Below, piece after piece: positions 25,050 through 34,141 of a stretch of DNA of 43,456 nucleotides; the stretch's first letter is position 1; each line of letters starts with the position of its first letter. Under the pieces are notes generated by a model. That model was given only the letters and a program-made list of their open reading frames with translations, had not been told where the DNA came from and did not search any database. The translations under genes and the position numbers were made by a program. The stretch is from Parcubacteria group bacterium CG08_land_8_20_14_0_20_48_21. GTDB taxonomy: Bacteria > Patescibacteriota > Patescibacteriia > UBA1544. Location of the stretch: assembly GCA_002774425.1 (NCBI GenBank), contig PEYJ01000022.1:1-43456 (forward strand), read 5' to 3'.

Positions 25050-26150
25050 ATGCAGCAATACAAAGCACGTCCTCACGTTGTTGCCGGCATCATCACGTAC
25101 ACAACCAGAAACGGTAAGTATGATACGGCAAAATATCTGCCGTATTTTTTAGCGTCATACGGGCGACAGACCTTTATGCCGCAAAACCTGTTGGCGCTCG
25201 ATGCGAGTGTGGAAGCCGATAACTGCAATATACGTCTTTTGCAACTCGCGGAATTTCCCGTACACCTATATCATCCCGGTGAGAATCTTGGTTTTGCAAA
25301 AAGCTACAACGTGCTCATTGAAGAGGCGCGGCGGTTGCATGCGGATTATTTTCTCGTCAGCAACGTGGATATGTTCTACGAGCCGCAAGCGGTTGCCTCG
25401 CTCGTGGATACTCTCGAGAGCCATCCCAGAGCAGGATGCGCAACCGGTAAGATATTCCACTGGAACTTCGCGCGGGCAGATGAGGCTTCGCAAGGAAAAA
25501 CCGACATACTGGATTCAGCGGGCATGAGTCTCACCGTCAGCCATCACTTTTTTGAGCGGGGACAGGGAAATCGTGATCAAGGTTTCTTTGACCGACCGGA
25601 AGAAATATTCGGTGCGGGCGGGACCCTCGCGCTCTTCCGCATGGATGCACTGCAAAAAGTTGCCTATACAGAGCCTCGTGAGACGCGTGAGTACTACGAT
25701 GCGCTGATGTTCATGTATAAGGAAGACGCGGACCTTGCGTATAGGCTGCAGCTCGCGGGGTATCCCTGCATTTACGTTCCGCAAGTAATTGCCTACCATG
25801 ACCGGACGACGAGAAAGGAGGGGACGGGATTGCGCGGCGTATGGCGCGGCAGAAAGCGCGGGAGCGGCAACAGCAGAGCGTTGTCGTTCGTCCATCAGTG
25901 CATTATAGTCCAACGGTACGCGGGAGCGCATTCGTGGCGCGTAAAATTTTGGACGATCCTGCGGGAAGTGTTGCGGGTGTTTTTTGTGGTGTTGTACGAG
26001 CCTCAATCGGCGCGCACCATTGCATTCTTGTGGCGCAAGAGACACGCACTGCGGTTAAAAAAACACTTTATCCAAACACATTACGACCCCGCCGCTTATC
26101 GGCGTATTGAAAAAACATTCATGGTGCGGCGCAATCTCTTCATTCCTTGA
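25050..26150 (+). CDS. GT2 glycosyltransferase (rhamnosyltransferase-like)
   Basis: The protein has GFAKSYNVLIEEA, NVDMFYEP, FGAGGTLALFR and MYKEDADLAYRLQLAGY motifs. Its layout is similar to the gene at 11596-12645. The track start at 25029 is TTG. Confidence 0.75.
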   Translation: MQQYKARPHVVAGIITYTTRNGKYDTAKYLPYFLASYGRQTFMPQNLLALDASVEADNCNIRLLQLAEFPVHLYHPGENLGFAKSYNVLIEEARRLHADYFLVSNVDMFYEPQAVASLVDTLESHPRAGCATGKIFHWNFARADEASQGKTDILDSAGMSLTVSHHFFERGQGNRDQGFFDRPEEIFGAGGTLALFRMDALQKVAYTEPRETREYYDALMFMYKEDADLAYRLQLAGYPCIYVPQVIAYHDRTTRKEGTGLRGVWRGRKRGSGNSRALSFVHQCIIVQRYAGAHSWRVKFWTILREVLRVFFVVLYEPQSARTIAFLWRKRHALRLKKHFIQTHYDPAAYRRIEKTFMVRRNLFIP

Positions 26151-26230
26151 ACCGTATGTCTTTGCGTTGCTGAAGCACTAGGGCATCCTTAAAAAAACAT
26201 AAAGCCTCTCCGTACCTCTCGCAGAGAATC

Positions 26231-27625
26231 TTATTTTTTCATCGCGAGTGGTACCTCATAGAGTCCTTGTATGCCGTGCAACGTTCCTATGACCAGCAGC
26301 GCTTCTTTGGTCGGATGGACAACAAACGCGGTAAGGGAATCAAAATGCGCGTAGGAAATGATATCGGGAACGGGCTGATCTTCAAGCGATGCGATGGTAA
26401 GGGAGTTGTTTTGTGCGAAAAGGAGATGTGTTGCGAGAGGGTGCAATAGTACATTGGTAACGGGTGTGCTGACACGCAGGATTGTGCGCTCATACGCTTG
26501 TGTACCAAATGTTTCCAAAAAAGCAAGGTGCGCTATTTCAAATTCATTATGCGTCAGTAATTGTGCGCCGTCCGCATACCAGAACACCCCGTCAACGCGC
26601 GGGGAAATATGGAAAAGTTCGGGAGGTTTCGTGGGTGCAGCCGTAACCAGGTAGAGGATGGTATTGGCTGTGTCCAAAATGGTGAGAAACGATTTGGCTG
26701 TTTCGGCAAAGGCATAACCTTGCGAAAAAGGAAGGTCCAGGACCTTTTCCCATGTTTTTTGTTGCGGTTGCCACTGTATGAGTTCTACAGTGCCGGTATC
26801 TTCAGGGAGTGTAATGCCGTAGATCGTGCGTTGCAGGTGCGTGAGCGTTTGCAAGGTGCGGGTGCGATCCATTGCAATGGGCATGGAATTCTGGTCAAAG
26901 GTATAACGGGTGAGATATCCGTCTTCCAGCGCAAAGAGCTCGGGATTGACGGTGTCTGGCATCCATACGGCGCTTGTCGTATGGAGAGCCGCAAGTTCAA
27001 GCACCCTTCCTTCTTGGCGATCTAGCACATAGAGTGCGCCGGTAGCAAACTGCACCGCGGACCAGCGGCCGTATCCCATGGGGATGACCATTGGTGTAGT
27101 TGAGGCTGTTTCAGGAATGAAAAAACGCTGGGGAGCGTTGTAGCGCGCATCGGTAAAGACTATCTGTGAAGACGTTGCAGTTTGTGAGGTCAGTATGAGG
27201 GTTTCCCCCTGCATCGTGAGTGCGGTAAACACCCCTTGCTGCAAGAGAACGGGCTGTGGATTTTCGGGAAAAAGGGTGAGATATTTGTAAACGGAAGATT
27301 GATTTGGCGCGATGGATACAATGCGGGTAAGCGGCTGATAGCCATCGGCGGAAAGCGTGATAGTGTATATACCCGGAAGCAGATTGGCGATATGAGCAAC
27401 ATTTCCGTCTCGCTGCATATCAGGAACCGTGCCATTGAGCGTAAGACGCGCATCGGCGGGAGAAAAACTTACTATGAGCACGCCGGTGCGTTCAATTTTT
27501 TCCTTGAGAAAGCTATAGCGATAGCCCATGGCGTAGAAAACAACCAACGGCGCGGCGATAAGAAATGCCAGTATGAAGCAAGAGTAGATAATGCGCCTGA
27601 ACGCAAGGGTAAGGTGAACGGGCAT
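26231..27625 (-). CDS. Membrane-anchored PEGA-domain protein with a large C-terminal beta-rich domain
   Basis: I prefer ATG 27625 (MPVHLTLAFRRIIYSCFILAFLIAAPLVVF). The PEGA-like module reads VLIVSFSPADARLTLNGT...LLPGIYTITLSADGYQPLTRIVSI. The remaining ~330 aa is not assignable. Confidence 0.65.
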   Translation of the reverse strand: MPVHLTLAFRRIIYSCFILAFLIAAPLVVFYAMGYRYSFLKEKIERTGVLIVSFSPADARLTLNGTVPDMQRDGNVAHIANLLPGIYTITLSADGYQPLTRIVSIAPNQSSVYKYLTLFPENPQPVLLQQGVFTALTMQGETLILTSQTATSSQIVFTDARYNAPQRFFIPETASTTPMVIPMGYGRWSAVQFATGALYVLDRQEGRVLELAALHTTSAVWMPDTVNPELFALEDGYLTRYTFDQNSMPIAMDRTRTLQTLTHLQRTIYGITLPEDTGTVELIQWQPQQKTWEKVLDLPFSQGYAFAETAKSFLTILDTANTILYLVTAAPTKPPELFHISPRVDGVFWYADGAQLLTHNEFEIAHLAFLETFGTQAYERTILRVSTPVTNVLLHPLATHLLFAQNNSLTIASLEDQPVPDIISYAHFDSLTAFVVHPTKEALLVIGTLHGIQGLYEVPLAMKK

Positions 27626-27690
27626 ACGAGTAGTGAAGAATGTAGGTACTCTACCTCGTGATTGCAGAAAAAGCAATATGAAAGAGACGG

Positions 27691-27719
27691 TTGCGGAAGC
27701 GGAAAAAAACGTGTATACT
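27691..27719 (+). promoter_or_regulatory. sigma70-like promoter candidate TTGCGG-17 nt-TATACT upstream of murA
   Basis: TTGCGG lies at 27691-27696, followed by a 17-nt spacer and TATACT at 27714-27719. The murA ATG at 27730 is only ~10 nt downstream, which implies a very short or absent leader. Confidence 0.4.
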
Positions 27720-27729
27720 TTACCATGTT

Positions 27730-29034
27730 ATGCAAGTACTACGCATTGAAGGCGGCAGGTCGCTTTCCGGCGATATTTTCGTCGGCGGGGCAAAAAATGC
27801 TGCGACACCCATCATAGCGGCAACGATGCTGACAGACCAGACCTGCGAAATTTCCAATGTACCTCGCATTGCCGATGTTGAGCATATGCTGATGATATTG
27901 GAAGAGCTGGGGGCAAAAGTGGAATGGAAAGCGGAGCACACCGTTGCCATTACCTGTGTGCGGATTGATCCGGATCGCATGCCGCTAAAGCTCGTCAAAC
28001 AGTTACGCTCGTCAGTGCTCCTCATAGGTCCGATCCTTGCGCGTTGCCGCGAGATCACGATACCGGCGCCCGGAGGGTGTCAGATTGGCGCGCGTCCTTT
28101 GGATGCGCACCTGCGTGCTCTTGTGGATATGGGCGCGCAGATTTCCTATGAGAACGATGTCTATACCATACGCGCGCCGAAAGTATTTTCCGGCGAGAGT
28201 GTTTTTTTATGTGAAATGAGCGTTACCGCGACTGAAAATACATTGTTGGCGTGCGTGGGTGCGAAAGGGACGACCACGATTAGAAATGCCGCATCGGAAC
28301 CGCATGTGCAGGATTTGGTAAAATTTCTGCGCGCCATGGGTGTCGTTGTGCATGGCGAAGGCACCTCAACACTGACGGTAGAAGGGAAAGCATCGCCCGC
28401 AGACTGCGGAGGGGCGTCGCATACACTCATTCCGGATCCCATTGAGGCGGGAACATTCATAGCGCTTGCCGCCGCGACACGCTCGCACCTTCGTATTCAT
28501 AATGTCGTCCCTGAATTTTTGGACATGGAACTCGCAACCTGCAAGAGAATCGGCGTTGCGTTGCGCATTGTTGAGGAACGCGATCACGCATGGTACCGCG
28601 CCTGCACGGTCTTGGTGGAGCCATCGGTACGTCTGCGTGCCGTGAAGAGCGTGCATAATATGCCGTATCCCGGGTTTAACCCGGATTTACTACAGCCGTT
28701 TTCCGTGCTCATGACGCAGGCGGAGGGTACGACGCTCGTGCATGATTGGATGTATGAGGGACGTTTTAAATACGTTGACGCGCTCATACGCATGGGCGCG
28801 GATGTCGTCGTATGCGACCCGCACCGTATATTGATCACGGGTCCAACGCCGCTCTATGGAGTTGAAGCGCAAATGACCGATTTGCGCGCGGGAGCGACGC
28901 TCGTGATCGCGGCGCTGCTCGCAACCGGCACATCGCATATCAGTAATGCCGAGCAGATCAGCCGCGGATATGAGCGGTTGGACGATCGTCTGCGCGCCAT
29001 CGGAGCGCATATTACTCGTGAAACAAACGCGTAA
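27730..29034 (+). CDS. murA: UDP-N-acetylglucosamine 1-carboxyvinyltransferase
   Basis: The N-terminus reads MQVLRIEGGRSLSGDIFVGGAKNAA. The active-site Cys context is PGGCQIGARPLDAHL. The length and overall pattern are canonical. Confidence 0.9.
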   Translation: MQVLRIEGGRSLSGDIFVGGAKNAATPIIAATMLTDQTCEISNVPRIADVEHMLMILEELGAKVEWKAEHTVAITCVRIDPDRMPLKLVKQLRSSVLLIGPILARCREITIPAPGGCQIGARPLDAHLRALVDMGAQISYENDVYTIRAPKVFSGESVFLCEMSVTATENTLLACVGAKGTTTIRNAASEPHVQDLVKFLRAMGVVVHGEGTSTLTVEGKASPADCGGASHTLIPDPIEAGTFIALAAATRSHLRIHNVVPEFLDMELATCKRIGVALRIVEERDHAWYRACTVLVEPSVRLRAVKSVHNMPYPGFNPDLLQPFSVLMTQAEGTTLVHDWMYEGRFKYVDALIRMGADVVVCDPHRILITGPTPLYGVEAQMTDLRAGATLVIAALLATGTSHISNAEQISRGYERLDDRLRAIGAHITRETNA

Positions 29035-29041
29035 CCGCGCT

Positions 29042-30301
29042 ATGGAATCCCCGCATACGAAACAAAAGCGAAACAAGCAGGTGCTCCACAGCATCTTTTC
29101 TGTCCTGCTTATCTTTGTTGCGGGCTTTGCTATAGGGCACTGGCAGACACCGTTTGTGCCGGCAACGCAGGAACTCTTGCGTATAACGTCCCTGGCACCC
29201 GCGCAAACTAAAAAATTACCCCCGACATTTGATTTACTCGAGCAGGTGCGGAGTTTCATTGCGAGTGAGTACGTGCAAACGGACGTGCCTGAAGCTGATT
29301 TGATCTACGGCGCCGCATCCGGTATGGTCGCAGCGCTCAACGATCCGTACTCCGTATTTTTTACCCCGCAGATTGCCGAGGAGTTCGCGAAGGAGCTAGA
29401 AGGAGAATTTCAAGGCATTGGGGCGGAAATCGGCAGGAAGAACGATCAACTTATTGTTATCGCGCCATTGCCGGACAGCCCGGCTGCGCGCGCGGGTCTT
29501 GAAGCGCGCGATGCGATTCTGGCAATTGACGGCGAGGAAACCGCTACCATGTCTATTGACGCGGCGGTTGCGCTCATTCGTGGTGATGCGGGGACGGATG
29601 TTACGCTCGCTATCGGCCGCAATCCCGATGTACGCAAGGAGGTGGTTATTACGCGCTCGGTCATAACCGTTGAGAGCGTACGAATGCAGGTGGTGGAACA
29701 CGGGGGAATACATATCGGCTACATAGAAATTACACAATTCGGAGAAGATACCGGAGCAAAATTCCAGAAAGCGGTTACCCAACTTTTACAAAAACCCATT
29801 GACGGCATCGTACTTGATTTGCGCAATAATCCGGGAGGATTTTTGGATGCCGCGGTCAACGTCGCCGATTCTTGGGTGAGTGTGGGCTCGTCCATTGTGG
29901 AAGAGCGTTTCAACGCAGCACAGCATAAACCTCCAACCGTATATACGGCAAGCAAACAAGCGGTATTGCAGGGCGTGCCGACCGTTGTCCTGATCAATCA
30001 AGGAAGCGCGTCAGGTTCGGAAATTGTCGCGGGCGCGCTGCAAGATTACGGTTTGGCGGTGCTTATCGGCGAGCAGACGTTCGGTAAGGGATCGGTACAG
30101 GAGGTGTACGAGTTTGGAGATGGATCGGCGTTGAAAATCACCGTTGCGCGCTGGTATACGCCCAACGGCAGGACTATTGACGAGGATGGCATCACACCCG
30201 ATATCTTTGTGCCTCTCACCGAAGATAACTATAACCATGACGAAGATCCACAGCTTGACGCGGCTTACGCAGAGCTTATGCGTCTTACGGCTGGTACATA
30301 G
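29042..30301 (+). CDS. Carboxy-terminal processing protease (peptidase S41) with a PDZ domain
   Basis: The protein has an N-terminal TM segment (VLHSIFSVLLIFVAGFAIG) and a PDZ-like segment (GIGAEIGRKNDQLIVIAPLPDSPAARAGLEARDAILAIDGE). The catalytic region reads NQGSASGSEIVAGALQDYG...GEQTFGKGSVQ. Confidence 0.85.
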   Translation: MESPHTKQKRNKQVLHSIFSVLLIFVAGFAIGHWQTPFVPATQELLRITSLAPAQTKKLPPTFDLLEQVRSFIASEYVQTDVPEADLIYGAASGMVAALNDPYSVFFTPQIAEEFAKELEGEFQGIGAEIGRKNDQLIVIAPLPDSPAARAGLEARDAILAIDGEETATMSIDAAVALIRGDAGTDVTLAIGRNPDVRKEVVITRSVITVESVRMQVVEHGGIHIGYIEITQFGEDTGAKFQKAVTQLLQKPIDGIVLDLRNNPGGFLDAAVNVADSWVSVGSSIVEERFNAAQHKPPTVYTASKQAVLQGVPTVVLINQGSASGSEIVAGALQDYGLAVLIGEQTFGKGSVQEVYEFGDGSALKITVARWYTPNGRTIDEDGITPDIFVPLTEDNYNHDEDPQLDAAYAELMRLTAGT

Positions 30302-30306
30302 GATTG

Positions 30307-30336
30307 TTGTGGTGCGGGAGAATTTTATGCTATACT
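30307..30336 (+). promoter_or_regulatory. Promoter candidate TTGTGG-18 nt-TGcTATACT upstream of rplI
   Basis: TTGTGG lies at 30307-30312. The extended -10 has TG at 30328-30329 and TATACT at 30331-30336. The site is 22 nt upstream of ATG 30358. Confidence 0.35.
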
Positions 30337-30357
30337 CATAGCATAGTGAGCGAATCT

Positions 30358-30804
30358 ATGAAAGTCGTACTGAAAAAAACCATACCGGAGTTGGGCAACA
30401 AGGGTGAAGTCTGCGTGGTTGCGGACGGCTATGCCCGAAATTATCTCATACCCCGAGGATTTGCCGAACCCGCGACTACGGAAGCGCTGCAACTTGCGGG
30501 AAAGGAAAAAGTGGAAAAAGAAAAAGCGGCGGAACAGGATCTTGCGCATGTTGAAAGCATTGCAAGTGCGCTGGAAGGGCAAAGCGTTGAATTTTTAGTT
30601 AAGGCAAGCGAGGAAGGGCGTCTCTACGCGGCAATTACACCGCAAAAAATATCCACAAAACTCAAAAAGAATGGTTTTCCCATTGATCAAAAGCAGATCA
30701 TACTTTCCGGTGCATTAAAAGAGCTTGGCGACCACGAAGTCCTCGTACGATTTCCGCACGGTCTGGAAGCGAGGATTATCGTGGTAGTCGGTGAGGAACT
30801 CTAG
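30358..30804 (+). CDS. rplI: 50S ribosomal protein L9
   Basis: The N-terminus reads MKVVLKKTIPELGNKGEVCVVADGYARNYLIPRGFA. The protein is 148 aa long. Confidence 0.9.
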   Translation: MKVVLKKTIPELGNKGEVCVVADGYARNYLIPRGFAEPATTEALQLAGKEKVEKEKAAEQDLAHVESIASALEGQSVEFLVKASEEGRLYAAITPQKISTKLKKNGFPIDQKQIILSGALKELGDHEVLVRFPHGLEARIIVVVGEEL

Positions 30805-30805
30805 C

Positions 30806-32434
30806 ATGGCAAAATACATATTTGTGATCGGGGGTGTCATGTCCGGTGTGGGTAAAGGCATTACCACTGCTTCTCTGGGGAAAATTCTGCAGGCAAGAGG
30901 CTATGGCGTTACCGCACTCAAGATAGATCCCTACATTAACGTTGATGCGGGTACCATGAATCCCACCGAACACGGGGAAGTTTTTGTGACCGTTGACGGC
31001 GATGAAACGGATCAGGATATCGGCAACTACGAACGTTTTTTGAACCAGGATATTACGCGCGTCAACTATATGACCACCGGCCGGGTGTATCAGGAGGTCA
31101 TTACGCGCGAGAGGAATTTGGTCTATGGAGGCAAGTGCGTTGAAGTGGTTCCGCATGTTCCCGAGGAAATTATTCGGCGCATTAATCTTGCGGTGCGAAA
31201 GACAAAGGCCGATATTGCCATTATTGAGATTGGCGGAACTGTTGGCGAATACCAAAATATTCTCTTTTTGGAGGCGGCGCGCATGCTGCATTTTCGCGCG
31301 CCAAAAGACGTACTGTTTGTGCTGGTCAGTTATTTGCCCATTCCCGCAATTATTGGTGAGATGAAAACCAAGCCCACCCAGTACGCGTCGCGTACCCTTA
31401 ATTCCGCAGGTATTCAGCCTGATTTTATCATTTGCCGCTCATCCCAGAGTCTTGATAAACCCAGAAAAGACAAATTAGCGGTATTCTGCAATGTTACCAA
31501 GGACGCGGTCATATCGGTGCCGGATGCACCTTCAATTTATGAAGTTCCGCTGATACTTGAAAAAGAACATTTGAGCAAAAAGGTGCTGGAGCGGCTTGAC
31601 CTTAAGGTACATAAGCGCAATTTGGTGCAATGGGAGTCCATGGTGCGACGGCTGAAAAAAGTTTCCCAAGAAGTGCGCATAGGCATCGTAGGCAAGTATT
31701 TTCACACGGGTGATTTTGTGCTGGCGGATGCGTATATTTCCGTCATTGAGGCAGTGAAGCATGCCGCAGCCCATTTGGGGAAAAAACCCGTTATTGACTG
31801 GCTTGACGCGGCTCTCTATGAGCAAGAGGATGCCTATCTTGCCGATCTCGCGAAGTATGACGGCGTCATTGTTCCGGGTGGATTTGGCTCACGAGGCGTG
31901 GAAGGTAAAATCAAGGCAATTCGCTATCTTCGGGAGCGCCAGATACCCTATTTAGGAATTTGTTATGGCATGCAGCTCGCCGTTATTGAATTCGCCCGCA
32001 ATGTGTGCAAACTGGACGGGGCATCAAGTACCGAAATTAACCCTGAAACCGAGCATCCCGTGATTCACATCATGGATGATCAGGTGGAAAAAATGAAACA
32101 GAAAAGTTATGGCGCAACGATGCGGCTGGGAAATTACGAAGCGGTTCTCACAAAAGGGTCAAAAGCACGGCTCTGCTATGGAAAATCACATATTGTAGAA
32201 CGCCACCGGCATCGCTATGAATTGAACAATGCCTATCGAGATATTATAGAGCGGAACGGTATGCGTATCTCGGGAATTTCTCCGGACAAGCGTCTCGTGG
32301 AAGTGGTGGAACTTTTGGATCACCCCTATTTTATGGGGACGCAATTTCATCCCGAGTTTACCTCACGGCCACTGTACCCAAACCCGCTTTTTGTCGGTTT
32401 CTTGAAGGCGGGAGGTAAGAAACGGGATGCGTAA
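30806..32434 (+). CDS. pyrG: CTP synthase
   Basis: The N-terminus reads MAKYIFVIGGVMSGVGKGI. The glutaminase domain has GGFGSRGVEGKI, LGICYGMQ and HRHRYE motifs. The ATG lies 1 nt after the rplI stop. Confidence 0.95.
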   Translation: MAKYIFVIGGVMSGVGKGITTASLGKILQARGYGVTALKIDPYINVDAGTMNPTEHGEVFVTVDGDETDQDIGNYERFLNQDITRVNYMTTGRVYQEVITRERNLVYGGKCVEVVPHVPEEIIRRINLAVRKTKADIAIIEIGGTVGEYQNILFLEAARMLHFRAPKDVLFVLVSYLPIPAIIGEMKTKPTQYASRTLNSAGIQPDFIICRSSQSLDKPRKDKLAVFCNVTKDAVISVPDAPSIYEVPLILEKEHLSKKVLERLDLKVHKRNLVQWESMVRRLKKVSQEVRIGIVGKYFHTGDFVLADAYISVIEAVKHAAAHLGKKPVIDWLDAALYEQEDAYLADLAKYDGVIVPGGFGSRGVEGKIKAIRYLRERQIPYLGICYGMQLAVIEFARNVCKLDGASSTEINPETEHPVIHIMDDQVEKMKQKSYGATMRLGNYEAVLTKGSKARLCYGKSHIVERHRHRYELNNAYRDIIERNGMRISGISPDKRLVEVVELLDHPYFMGTQFHPEFTSRPLYPNPLFVGFLKAGGKKRDA

Positions 32435-32441
32435 GGTATAC

Positions 32442-32466
32442 AAAACACAACCCGTGTAGGGTTGTG
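32442..32466 (-). terminator. Rho-independent terminator for rpmA (between convergent pyrG and rpmA)
   Basis: An 8-bp stem, CACAACCC/GGGTTGTG (32446-32453 / 32459-32466), encloses a 5-nt loop. On the minus strand it is followed by TTTT (32445-32442). Confidence 0.6.
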
Positions 32467-32486
32467 AGAGAAAATGTTACGCGGCA

Positions 32487-32774
32487 TTAGGAACTCTGTT
32501 GGCTTTTGACGTGGATGTAACGGCGCAACTTGAGCGCGCCGTCATACCGCTTCACTTTCTTTTTAGTAAACTCAACGATACCTTCCGTTTTGGCAAATAG
32601 CGTATCGTCTCCACCTTTTCCAACATTTATCCCTTGATGGAATTTGGAACCGCGCTGGCGCACCAAAACCGAACCCGCAAAAACGCGCTGTCCTGAAAAT
32701 TGTTTTACACCAAGTCGCTTGCTCTGCGAATCCCTGCCTAATCTTGATGAGCCGCCAGCTTTCTTATGCGCCAT
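32487..32774 (-). CDS. rpmA: 50S ribosomal protein L27
   Basis: The sequence reads [52 protein letters not shown]. It has no N-terminal propeptide extension. Confidence 0.95.
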   Translation of the reverse strand: MAHKKAGGSSRLGRDSQSKRLGVKQFSGQRVFAGSVLVRQRGSKFHQGINVGKGGDDTLFAKTEGIVEFTKKKVKRYDGALKLRRYIHVKSQQSS

Positions 32775-32809
32775 ATGACATACACTATATAATTAAACAT
32801 GTATGCGTG

Positions 32810-32837
32810 AGTATAGCATAGTACCGCGTAGTGTCAA
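32810..32837 (-). promoter_or_regulatory. Strong sigma70-like promoter candidate for rpmA: TTGACA-16 nt-TGcTATACT
   Basis: On the minus strand, TTGACA lies at 32837-32832, followed by a 16-nt spacer, an extended-10 TG, and TATACT at 32815-32810. The -10 ends about 35 nt upstream of the rpmA ATG (32774). Confidence 0.5.
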
Positions 32838-32841
32838 TATC

Positions 32842-33090
32842 ATGATTATGACAAAAAAAGATTTAAGTAAAAAAATTGAGGAAGCTCTTGATACCATTCG
32901 TCCATCCCTTGCGCGAGATGGCGGAGGCGTAGAATATGTTTCGTATGACGCTGCGACAGGCACGGTCGCGTTACGTTTTCAAGGAGCATGCGTGGGGTGT
33001 CCCATGTCCAACATGACACTCAAACTTGGCATTGAAATGGAGCTCAAAGAGGCGATCCCCGAAATCAAAGAGGTGATACAGGAGGTGTAG
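32842..33090 (+). CDS. NifU/Nfu-type Fe-S cluster scaffold domain protein
   Basis: The sequence reads IEEALDTIRPSLARDGGGVEYVSYDAATGTVALRFQGACVGCPMSNMTLKLGIE and contains the CxxC motif. The start could be ATG 32842 or 32848. Confidence 0.85.
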   Translation: MIMTKKDLSKKIEEALDTIRPSLARDGGGVEYVSYDAATGTVALRFQGACVGCPMSNMTLKLGIEMELKEAIPEIKEVIQEV

Positions 33091-33115
33091 ATGTCGTGCT
33101 ATGGTGATCAGTTTC

Positions 33116-33565
33116 TTATTGCGTAGTATGTACAGAGGGATAGACAAGTGTTTCTTGCGTGGTTGAGGCAAACTGCGGATTAGTTTCCGTGTTCAGCATA
33201 TCTTCTTGATTTGGCGCAGGAGATAAAAATCGTGTTTTTTCTTGAGGATTGATAAGCGAAGAGAAAGGATTGTTTGGCAGTTGTTGTATGCGAGGGAGTT
33301 CTTTCTTTTGTTGGTAGTTGGAACGTACATTGTCAAAAAGCTTGAGATCAATATCTTGGAGAAACATATCTTCCATTGCGACATATTCTTGCGTTTGTAT
33401 GTACGTGTATGCGGGATAAACGACTTCATGAATAATTTTTGCCACGTACCACGCACCCAAAATCATCACGAAACAAAGCACTACATATAAAACCATATAT
33501 ACTACGCGGGCGTTGAGTGAAAGGTGTAAGTTTGAGAACGTTATTTTTTTATTGCGTACATTCAT
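33116..33565 (-). CDS. Hypothetical membrane-anchored protein, last gene of the pilus operon
   Basis: The protein has one TM segment (VVYMVLYVVLCFVMILGAWYVA) and a Q/N/P-rich, low-complexity C-terminus. The region is AT-rich. I found no recognisable motif. Confidence 0.45.
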   Translation of the reverse strand: MNVRNKKITFSNLHLSLNARVVYMVLYVVLCFVMILGAWYVAKIIHEVVYPAYTYIQTQEYVAMEDMFLQDIDLKLFDNVRSNYQQKKELPRIQQLPNNPFSSLINPQEKTRFLSPAPNQEDMLNTETNPQFASTTQETLVYPSVHTTQ

Positions 33566-33593
33566 AGCATAACACGCATCATTTTAAAATAAC

Positions 33594-34139
33594 CTATTTG
33601 ACAAGGAGGCCATACGCATGGATTTGTCCTTGCAGTAGATTTTCGTTAGGAGAAGGGGATGCCAAGGAAATGCGATCAATGATAAGATAATAGGAAAGTC
33701 GTTCAAGTGATTCCACATACGAAAAAATATCTTCATACGAACCTTCAATTTGCATGGTCGTGATTGCGGGAGTGATATCGCCCGCTATTGCATCTGTGGC
33801 GGGAGTAGCAAGATTCAGCGACAGAGCAATCCTATGCGTGTCTGCTAAATCTTCAAGTGTGGTGATGTAGGAAAGTTCATTTCCCGAATGAATATGCATA
33901 CGTTGCAGTTCCTCAAGTGAAGATTGAACGGTTTCATACGCGTTTCGCACATCTTTAGAGGTGAGTCCTTTTTGCAGTTGCTGGTCAAGTTGCTTTTTTT
34001 GCATTTCAATTTGTCCACTAAAAATCACAATGTGGGTCAGTGTTGGTTGAAGCAGAAAATACTCAATCAATGCCATGCAGCACACAATGCAGAGTATAAA
34101 AACAATGTTTTTTTGTATGGGAGATAGGGTAGGTAGCAT
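33594..34139 (-). CDS. PilO-like pilus assembly protein (bitopic, coiled-coil)
   Basis: The protein has an N-terminal TM segment (IVFILCIVCCMALIEYFLL), a coiled-coil segment (QIEMQKKQLDQQLQ...LEELQRM) and a small C-terminal domain. It sits directly after pilN. The assignment rests on architecture and position. Confidence 0.5.
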   Translation of the reverse strand: MLPTLSPIQKNIVFILCIVCCMALIEYFLLQPTLTHIVIFSGQIEMQKKQLDQQLQKGLTSKDVRNAYETVQSSLEELQRMHIHSGNELSYITTLEDLADTHRIALSLNLATPATDAIAGDITPAITTMQIEGSYEDIFSYVESLERLSYYLIIDRISLASPSPNENLLQGQIHAYGLLVK

Positions 34140-34141
34140 AC

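Noticed and set aside
28690-29259. Several long ORFs lie antisense to or out of frame with strongly supported genes: 28690-29259 (189 aa), 25515-26045 (176 aa), 30776-31291 (171 aa), 3216-3728 (170 aa), 15697-16197 (166 aa), 16314-16790 (158 aa) and 41243-41803 (186 aa).
   Set aside because: Each is fully embedded in a gene with diagnostic motifs (murA/ctp, GT2, pyrG, wbaP, the membrane protein, pilB). Their translations are Arg/Cys/His-rich and low-complexity with no motifs. This is typical of shadow ORFs in moderately GC-rich DNA.
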